Virus record (IMG/VR): IMGVR_UViG_3300021256_004112
Reading direction: 5' to 3' (one strand)
Length of the DNA: 64,000 nt
Source: an uncultured virus (IMG/VR IMGVR_UViG_3300021256_004112)
Lineage: Duplodnaviria; Heunggongvirae; Uroviricota; Caudoviricetes
The notes below the pieces were generated by a model. The model ran no database searches, was not told the DNA's origin, and saw only the letters and a program-made list of their open reading frames with translations. Of the stretch, positions 57,249 to 64,000 are shown one piece after another (the first letter of the stretch is position 1; every line of letters starts with the position of its first letter). A program made the translations under genes and the position numbers.

Positions 57249-59084
57249 TTAACCTGTTTTCCCTAAGTGTTGGGAAAGCCGTTTCAAAATCCAATCCGGA
57301 CAAACCTGCGCCATACCGTTACCCAGTGCTTTATAACGGGCGCTATCGCTACAGGTTTTATTGTCAATCAAAGTCCATCCATCAGGAAGCGCTTGCAAAC
57401 GCTCGCATTCCAGTGGCGTAAGACGGCGTACCAGTCGAACATCTTCTCTTTGGTTTACGAGAATAAAATAAGCACCGGAAAAAGCTTCCTGATTCCCTAA
57501 CCAAAGCTTAGTCGCACAATTGGCCATCAGACATCCCACTGTATCCTTACCATTAGCTAATTCCTGTTCTTTTGTTACAGTACATACTGCATGACGGTCA
57601 ATCGTATTCAATGTATAGCAAAGTTCTTCCAGTACGCCTTTCCCGTTTCCACCATTTTGAAGTTTACGGTCAATGGTATTACCGGCGATACAATAACTGT
57701 TTTCGCCTATTGCAGCTTCCTGTTTTTTATCAGATTTCAATTCAACAGATTCTTTCTGCTGCACATAAAGAACCACCATCCCACCTTGATTACAGGCAGG
57801 ATTTCCACCGTTACAATCTAAAGTACGGCTTGTCTCAGCCAAATAAATCCCGCTGTTAGGATTCATTGATTTCATGGAATTGCTGTTTTGAGAACAAATA
57901 CCAAACACTAATGGCACATTATGCCCGCCAGTACCCATTCTTGCTGTTAATGTAGGTGTACTTTCCTTAAAAACACGAATGACATCACTTCGATGAGAAA
58001 TATCGAAGCAAGGTATAGATTCACGAATATTATTATCTTTTTCCGCATCTCCTTCTTCCGAGACAACTACCCCAATTCGATGTGTAGTGCGTAATGGCGG
58101 TGTTTTCTCTTCCAGCACAGGGGCATTATCAGATGCGGATGCGTTAACGGAAAAAGCTAATACGATAGGAATATTTCCATGCATCTCTGCTCGTAAAGTA
58201 TTAACCTTTTCAACAGAGATAGCCATGCTTTTCCCGCCCTGGTCATTTAAGCAAAAAACCTTTTCCGATAAAGAATGCAGTACAGTATCTGCGATTGCAG
58301 TATCTACAATTTGTAATGGCAAGGAAGTTTGGTTTCCCTTTTCATCAATCAAATCCAGCCGTTGTTCTTCCACATTTATATTTATATATTGGACAACAAG
58401 GGGCGGTTCTTTCCAGTCTGTAGCGGTCAACGGGTCGGTTCTTCCCTCTTTCAGTTTGGCGCTTCGCATATCATGCCCGATTGTGATTGCGTTCTCTTTT
58501 ACGGAAAGAGTAAGCAACACTTTAGGTCCGATAGCATTTCCTTTATCACTGTTTGCGGTCAAGGAAGAAAAAGTATTGGAAACAGTGCCATTAAAAATAT
58601 CGCAAGCCTTACTCTGTTCCGAAGAGACTTTCGGCAGGTTCAATTTCGGGCTTTGGTTTACTATGTCGTTTTCTGCTTGTAGTTCCAGTGCTTTTTTTAA
58701 CGGACCTGGGAGTATCTTTTTCCTTGCTTCCGCTCGGCGAAGAATCCCCTGACATGCTTTGGAACTCAAAAAGTACCGTATCGGCACATCGTTCGCCGGT
58801 TGCAAAATCTCCGACAAGAAAGATTCTACGACGACGTTGGGGGACGCCGAAAAATTGACTGTCCATTGTTCGCCACGCAACATCACATTTTCGGCTTCTA
58901 ACCATTCCGGCTTCTGCCCATTTCCCACTTCGAGGCATTGGAATTTCGGTCTCACAGATTTCTTCAAGGACGGCTTTAAAATCCAGTCCCCCACTACTGG
59001 AAAAGGCTCCGCAGTTGTGGACAGCAATTCCGTTTGCAAGAAATGTGTGTTCTCCGCTAACGGTAAGATTGAAGACATCTTCAT
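57249..59084 (-). CDS. C5-cytosine MTase C-terminal polypeptide (alternative-frame segment + multi-TRD + motifs IX/X)
   Basis: SPNVVVESFLSEIL..YFLSSKACQGILRRA; RRLTPLECERLQALPDGWT...RYKALGNGM; AAGGAGG RBS. Confidence 0.8.
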   Translation of the reverse strand: MKMSSILPLAENTHFLQTELLSTTAEPFPVVGDWILKPSLKKSVRPKFQCLEVGNGQKPEWLEAENVMLRGEQWTVNFSASPNVVVESFLSEILQPANDVPIRYFLSSKACQGILRRAEARKKILPGPLKKALELQAENDIVNQSPKLNLPKVSSEQSKACDIFNGTVSNTFSSLTANSDKGNAIGPKVLLTLSVKENAITIGHDMRSAKLKEGRTDPLTATDWKEPPLVVQYININVEEQRLDLIDEKGNQTSLPLQIVDTAIADTVLHSLSEKVFCLNDQGGKSMAISVEKVNTLRAEMHGNIPIVLAFSVNASASDNAPVLEEKTPPLRTTHRIGVVVSEEGDAEKDNNIRESIPCFDISHRSDVIRVFKESTPTLTARMGTGGHNVPLVFGICSQNSNSMKSMNPNSGIYLAETSRTLDCNGGNPACNQGGMVVLYVQQKESVELKSDKKQEAAIGENSYCIAGNTIDRKLQNGGNGKGVLEELCYTLNTIDRHAVCTVTKEQELANGKDTVGCLMANCATKLWLGNQEAFSGAYFILVNQREDVRLVRRLTPLECERLQALPDGWTLIDNKTCSDSARYKALGNGMAQVCPDWILKRLSQHLGKTG

Positions 59085-61191
59085 ATTCCTCCTTATCTAT
59101 CACTTCAGCCACAGGCATCCAAAGGAAACCATCCTGATAAATTCCTGTTTCTACTGGATGGCTGTCATCTTCAAAAGAAAACGAAACACAGTACCCATTT
59201 TGCTTATCGTCATATTGCAATGCAGGTACGATATGCAATACATCGCGGACTAAACGGGCAATTTGATATGCATTTTTCCTTTGTTTTATAAACAAATTAA
59301 TCTTAGAACTTTTTTCTTCATATCCTGCATATTCCAATACGCCTCGTAATAAAGCTAACTGTTCATTATCCGCCATATTGAAAATAAAGGGATAGATATA
59401 AGTACTTAATAAATGTCGCCCCATATAAAAAGCATTGATTTTACCAATCGTATCTTCCTGTTTTAATTCACCTACAGGATATCCGATATAATCCTCATAA
59501 GGTCGTAATTTACCAGCAGGTTTCCAATCAGGAGCAGACAATCGCATTCCGTCCAGTTTACGGACAAGAAAAGGATGATTAGGTGTTACCCGAATCGGCT
59601 CAGAGCCATTCACTTTTACAGTAATAGCTTTCTTGTTTTTTAATCGGATAACCTTTTCCACCTTACAGTACTGCCCTGTATGCGTTTTTACCGTATCCCC
59701 TTTTTTAATATCCTGAATTTCCGTCAACCCGTTATTGGTAGTAATCAATGTTTCTTTTGTAAAACATACATTTTCCCAAAGGAAGAAACGGGGATATTGA
59801 TTATTTGTGGCTTTTCGCATTTCACGGAAAATACGGGTCGCCTGTAAAAACAATCCGCTTTCCCCTGCCAACCCTTCTCGTTTCCCCGCCACAGACAGGG
59901 ACTGACAGTTATGAACGACAATACCGTTTGCGCAATAAGAATGCACATCTTCTACTTCCAAGTTATAAACCATGGCGGTTTCGTTAATTTTGGTGATAGA
60001 CCGAACTGGTTGCCAAATATACTCCCCATCGGTAAAAGCATTAACTTTTTTAGGTGTATCCTGATTCCATTCAATGCGATAAGTATTCCGTTGATTGACA
60101 ATCTTACCTTCAACAATACAAGGAGACAGTTTTTTGAAAAAACGGATTTTGCAGGGTGTACGGAATACTTTATGGATTGCCAATTGCAAAGACAAGGCAA
60201 GTTTTCGGCTGATTGTTGTAGCAGAATACGTTTTATTGGATGAACAATAACTGCCAACGCCGCTAATATATCCATCCAACAAAGCGGACAATAATTTAAC
60301 GGGCAACAATAAATATTTATAAGGAATTTCTTTATTTTCTGCCCCGCTTCCACATTCCCTGCACAAACGCATAAGCCTTTCGCTTTTAACTTCATATTGG
60401 CAGGTTGTTATATCTTTATGGACACAAACATCATAACCTGTTATCTTTTCCTTGAATACTTCTAATTTGCCATTGCTTATAGAAAAGATTGTTTGATGGT
60501 TCGGTTTGCCTTCAAGATTGCCATCATACTGGACATCATGAATATAACCGTCAGCAATATAGTAGCCAACCAACCATGCTTCCTTTGCAGTAATTTTCTC
60601 CAAATTGCGCTCTTCTTTTATAATCGGATACCCAACAACATCGGTTTCCTGTAAGTTTTTCACCTGTATCCATTCAGTATCCGAAAATTTTTGGTAATTG
60701 TCCTTCTTCCCATTTCCTAACTGCGGATTATACCGTTTCTTATGCCTTACCAAAATAGGATGGTTACCTGTAACAAAAGTCTTTAAAAGCCCTTGGGCAG
60801 TTAGCTCATAAATAAATTCAGACATACGGGACATAGTTTTTATAACTTTATGATATTTCCCGTCTTCTGTTAAAACGCAGTCTATCCCCTGCATAACATC
60901 TTCAATTGCTTTCACCCCGTTAGACGTATGAACCAATGTGCCTGCAACAAAACAGGGGCTTCCTGCGCAAAGAATATCAACAGGCTGGATAGTCGCACCA
61001 TCAATCTTGGTTACATCCCCTAATTGTTTTACATAAGGGAAACGGACTTTTGTAACTTCTAATGGGAACGCTTCAATTTCTGAACTCCAAACAGGTACAA
61101 TACCTGCCCGTTCGGCCGCTAAAGGCCAGCCCCCCACGCCATCGAAGAGGGAACCAAGCGTTAATTCTTTTGGTTTATTATTTTCTTTCAT
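58609..61191 (-). CDS. C5-cytosine MTase N-terminal polypeptide with two inteins
   Basis: SLFDGVGG, GSP|CQ, ENV|CG, VPQRRRRIF. Confidence 0.9.
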   Translation of the reverse strand: MKENNKPKELTLGSLFDGVGGWPLAAERAGIVPVWSSEIEAFPLEVTKVRFPYVKQLGDVTKIDGATIQPVDILCAGSPCFVAGTLVHTSNGVKAIEDVMQGIDCVLTEDGKYHKVIKTMSRMSEFIYELTAQGLLKTFVTGNHPILVRHKKRYNPQLGNGKKDNYQKFSDTEWIQVKNLQETDVVGYPIIKEERNLEKITAKEAWLVGYYIADGYIHDVQYDGNLEGKPNHQTIFSISNGKLEVFKEKITGYDVCVHKDITTCQYEVKSERLMRLCRECGSGAENKEIPYKYLLLPVKLLSALLDGYISGVGSYCSSNKTYSATTISRKLALSLQLAIHKVFRTPCKIRFFKKLSPCIVEGKIVNQRNTYRIEWNQDTPKKVNAFTDGEYIWQPVRSITKINETAMVYNLEVEDVHSYCANGIVVHNCQSLSVAGKREGLAGESGLFLQATRIFREMRKATNNQYPRFFLWENVCFTKETLITTNNGLTEIQDIKKGDTVKTHTGQYCKVEKVIRLKNKKAITVKVNGSEPIRVTPNHPFLVRKLDGMRLSAPDWKPAGKLRPYEDYIGYPVGELKQEDTIGKINAFYMGRHLLSTYIYPFIFNMADNEQLALLRGVLEYAGYEEKSSKINLFIKQRKNAYQIARLVRDVLHIVPALQYDDKQNGYCVSFSFEDDSHPVETGIYQDGFLWMPVAEVIDKEEYEDVFNLTVSGEHTFLANGIAVHNCGAFSSSGGLDFKAVLEEICETEIPMPRSGKWAEAGMVRSRKCDVAWRTMDSQFFGVPQRRRRIFLVGDFATGERCADTVLFEFQSMSGDSSPSGSKEKDTPRSVKKSTGTTSRKRHSKPKPEIEPAESLFGTE
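59014..59766 (-). mobile_element. Intein 2 (251 aa, degenerate endonuclease)
   Basis: CFTKET...VTPNHPF...VFNLTV..HTFLANGIAVHN|C. Confidence 0.9.
59908..60954 (-). mobile_element. Intein 1 (349 aa, LAGLIDADG-type)
   Basis: CFVAGT...VTGNHPI...LVGYYIADG...LLDGYISGVG...VYNLEV..GIVVHN|C. Confidence 0.92.
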
Positions 61192-61219
61192 TCTGTAACA
61201 CTCCGAAATTTAATCTAAA

Positions 61220-61302
61220 AACATGTAAAACACAATTATTTGTACCCTTATTATATGTTATTTGCACATTTTTGTAAATACGCAACATGTAAAACACAAT
61301 TA
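61220..61302 (-). promoter_or_regulatory. Promoter flanked by 19-bp direct repeats
   Basis: AACATGTAAAACACAATTA at 61220 and 61284 around TTTACA-17-TATAAT on the minus strand. Confidence 0.65.
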
Positions 61303-61370
61303 CAAAAAAACAAAAAATATGCCACCAATACTGATGGCATAAACTTAATCATGTAACTGCAAATCCGTAT

Positions 61371-61679
61371 TCAATTCAATACTTTTATAATCTTTAACAC
61401 ATAATACTTCTTTCCCGGCTCTGCGCCCCACTCAGGCTTTCCTTCCCGCACATCAACCAATTCACACAATGCGCAGAAAGACGGGGAATCTTTCCTGTAC
61501 CCGTTCCGAAATTCCACCCATTCCGCTACCCCGCCTGTTGGGAAACAAGAATGAGGATGCATCGGGAAATACTTGCAAAACCGAGTCATCCAATACACAG
61601 AAGTCGCACGATATTCTTCTTTCTTTTCCCCTGAAAGAATCATATCAAACCATTTCTTCTTAATCGGAAGAATTAACAT
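61371..61679 (-). CDS. ASCH-domain protein
   Basis: LPIKKKWFDMILSGEKKEEYR...FRNGY. Confidence 0.85.
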   Translation of the reverse strand: MLILPIKKKWFDMILSGEKKEEYRATSVYWMTRFCKYFPMHPHSCFPTGGVAEWVEFRNGYRKDSPSFCALCELVDVREGKPEWGAEPGKKYYVLKIIKVLN

Positions 61680-62652
61680 TAGCTTTCCTTTCCACAATCA
61701 AAGCATTCCCGCAAGTTATACGGTCAGAATCCTCTTCTTTACTCGGCACAAATACAATAACATCCCAGCCTTTTTCCAGTAACGGCTCTTCAAACTGACG
61801 ATACACATCATAATCATCATATGATGTGGTAACATCAAACCCGTTGTCTATGGCAGCATGTGTCTCGTGGATGGGCGTAATCTTTACGATGAACTTTTCT
61901 GTATCAAACATATTAGACAGGACGCCAGCATCCAAAACCGTATCTTTTGTAACCGCAAAATTCAACGTGTATTTCCGTCCCACAGGCATAGGCAAGTTGT
62001 CCGCAATCCTTGCAATCGCCGCCAACGGAATACTTTTATAATTGAACTGCTGGCTTCGTTGTAACGGGTCAGTAGAATTAATACTGAACTGCAAACCAGC
62101 TTCCCCATGATACACTTCATTCTTTATACGACACCACTGATACAGAAATTCTTTCAGATGGGGATTTGCCAACGGCAACATAGTAGAAACAACAGGATGG
62201 ATTGTATCCGCTTTAATATATTTTTCCACCAGTTTTCGCAAATCAAATTCCGCAAACTTCAACACATCATGGTTAAAAGTCGGTTCACCCATTCGGGCAA
62301 AATGAACATTAAAGCGTTTAGTGTATTTACATTCTTCGTTTTCCAATATGGTTTTAATTTCATACGCCAACTCTTCACGGGACGCATTCCCATAAAACCC
62401 AAACTTAGGACAATCGCAGAACTGACATTTCATGGGACAGCCTTTTTGCGTAGAAATGGTTGCTACCCATTTATCCGAAAGGTCAACATCTTTATGTTGC
62501 ACCCCATTGATTTCTTTTGTCAGCCCCAAAAAATTTGCTTTTATGTTATTTTCCTTGCCGTAATCCCCGACCGTAAGAAACTCAAGTTTTCGTTCATGGT
62601 CCACATAAATCTTTCCTGTATGAGTACGGACAATCGTTAATTTGCTATTCAT
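61660..62652 (-). CDS. RlmN/Cfr-like radical SAM protein
   Basis: STQKGCPMKCQFC, MGEP, C-terminal TCG. Confidence 0.8.
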   Translation of the reverse strand: MNSKLTIVRTHTGKIYVDHERKLEFLTVGDYGKENNIKANFLGLTKEINGVQHKDVDLSDKWVATISTQKGCPMKCQFCDCPKFGFYGNASREELAYEIKTILENEECKYTKRFNVHFARMGEPTFNHDVLKFAEFDLRKLVEKYIKADTIHPVVSTMLPLANPHLKEFLYQWCRIKNEVYHGEAGLQFSINSTDPLQRSQQFNYKSIPLAAIARIADNLPMPVGRKYTLNFAVTKDTVLDAGVLSNMFDTEKFIVKITPIHETHAAIDNGFDVTTSYDDYDVYRQFEEPLLEKGWDVIVFVPSKEEDSDRITCGNALIVERKANVNSSD

Positions 62653-62654
62653 AT

Positions 62655-63284
62655 TTAAAACATCCTTTCCTTTTCCGAGAAACGGAATCCCCAGTCTTCT
62701 CTTTCTTCGGGTGTTGTAAAATACCACATACGGCGTTCCACATCCCATTTTGCGCCAAATCTTTTTGCATTATCTTTTTCATCATAAGAAACGGACGCAT
62801 AATACCGATGATTCACTTCATCATCTATTTCGCAGGAAATGCCTAATTGTGCAAAAACCGTATCCTTAATTTGTTGCACATCAATCTTCCATGGAAAATC
62901 ACTGCGTCTTTCCCAGTCATCCCACGCAGCGTCTAAATCTTTTTCCGCAAGCTGTTCCGAAAGGAAATTGACTTTTTGGTAATGGGCAAACGCTTCTTTA
63001 TCCAATCCGATTATCTGCGCATACCCTATATGGATTGTATGATGGCATTCTTTACAAACGGAAATGACTCTCTTTAACTTTTGCGTATGTTGCACATCAT
63101 CATATTCCCAAACCTCATGGGCGTCTAATGAACTGGTTGCTTTTCCACAGATATCGCAATGTCCCGAAGCCCTAACTTTCAGTGATATTTCTTTCCAATT
63201 AGGCAATATACTGCGAAGATTGGTATACCACGATGTAGAAGGAACAAGCTGGAAAGATAGCTTTCGTTTTTCATATTCTTTCAT
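62655..63284 (-). CDS. HNH-like nuclease with C-terminal DUF5710-like domain
   Basis: CDICG..LDAHEVW..CKECHHTIH; VSYDEKDNAKRFGAKWD..WY. Confidence 0.8.
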   Translation of the reverse strand: MKEYEKRKLSFQLVPSTSWYTNLRSILPNWKEISLKVRASGHCDICGKATSSLDAHEVWEYDDVQHTQKLKRVISVCKECHHTIHIGYAQIIGLDKEAFAHYQKVNFLSEQLAEKDLDAAWDDWERRSDFPWKIDVQQIKDTVFAQLGISCEIDDEVNHRYYASVSYDEKDNAKRFGAKWDVERRMWYFTTPEEREDWGFRFSEKERMF

Positions 63285-63309
63285 TTTGTCTCCTTACATA
63301 CACAATCTG

Positions 63310-64000
63310 TTAGAAGTTGCCACCGAAGCTGAAATGGAATCGACCGCGACGGCTACCATGTTCATTCTTACCAAAACCATAATCCAGTTTTACCGGTCCC
63401 AACGGGGTATGGACTCTGACGCCAATACCGTAACCAAACTGCATTTTCTTCAAGTCAAATGCGCTTTCATCCCGTTTATCCCATGCATAACCAGAATCAA
63501 GGAACGCAAGGACGGAGAACTTTTTAGCAACAGGTACACGATATTCAAGAGACGCCCGCAACATGGAATTCCCGCGGAACTGTCCGTCTTCATACCCACG
63601 TAGCGTAGACCCGCCACCCATATAGAACCGCTGGCTTAACGGCATATCGCCCCAAGCATACCCTGCGCCAAAGTCAAACGCTAACGTATGTTTTCCTTTT
63701 TCGCCTGCCGACCAGTAATAACGCTGGTCAAAGCTTAATTTACGGAAATTGAAATCACCGCCAAATCCGGCCCATTCAAACGAAATCTCATTCCGTTTCC
63801 CTTTATGCGGGTCTTGCACATTATCACGATTATCATAAACACGGGAGAATGTAATAGAACGGGTCGTGCCGAAGTTCTCCTTACGGCGTTCATCGGCTGT
63901 CGTATGTTTCCCATAACGGGCATAATATTCATCATTATAAGAGTCTTCAAAATACTGACGGCTATATCCGGATATAGGCTTCTTATAAGAATCCTTACGG
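63310..64000 (-). CDS. bamA: Omp85/BamA-family beta-barrel, C-terminal part (runs off right edge)
   Basis: Frame is open to the window end; VYDNRDN..DP..G, FYMGGGSTLRGY, TPLGPVKLDYG, terminal FHFSFGGNF. Confidence 0.85.
   Translation of the reverse strand, partial: RKDSYKKPISGYSRQYFEDSYNDEYYARYGKHTTADERRKENFGTTRSITFSRVYDNRDNVQDPHKGKRNEISFEWAGFGGDFNFRKLSFDQRYYWSAGEKGKHTLAFDFGAGYAWGDMPLSQRFYMGGGSTLRGYEDGQFRGNSMLRASLEYRVPVAKKFSVLAFLDSGYAWDKRDESAFDLKKMQFGYGIGVRVHTPLGPVKLDYGFGKNEHGSRRGRFHFSFGGNF

Noticed and set aside
63735..63950. 71-aa ORF suggesting a BamA frameshift
   Set aside because: The BamA frame reads open to the window edge, so this is an alternative-frame artefact.

Overview
The window looks like part of a large extrachromosomal or phage-like element, probably a megaplasmid or jumbo phage (inferred). 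Its host is probably a diderm Firmicute (Negativicutes), because YadA anchors carry C-terminal SLH domains and an Omp85/BamA gene is present. Almost all genes lie on the minus strand. RNA content: 24 tRNA genes in two clusters (10.6-11.2 kb and 42.0-46.3 kb) and a tmRNA. Replication and DNA-processing genes: HU, an ERF annealase, a primase and four DEDD-exonuclease paralogues. Modification and defence genes: an RlmN-like radical SAM enzyme, a QueC-like protein, a two-intein split cytosine methyltransferase, a split restriction-modification locus and a PLD-ATPase. Other genes: a tnpB element, two Nif11-type peptide precursors and three ESPR/YadA-type trimeric autotransporter adhesins. Best candidates for undescribed biology: (1) divergent silent adhesin N-terminal cassettes ending at a shared in-frame 21-bp site that is inverted relative to the same site inside a full adhesin, a possible shufflon-like switch; (2) a polarised ~30-nt motif recurring about every 7-10 kb; (3) a ~1 kb structured non-coding region; (4) an orphan TnpB omega-RNA-like scaffold fused to a tRNA-Ser; (5) CCA-ended microhelices inside the tRNA arrays. 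All calls were made by eye; no searches were run.
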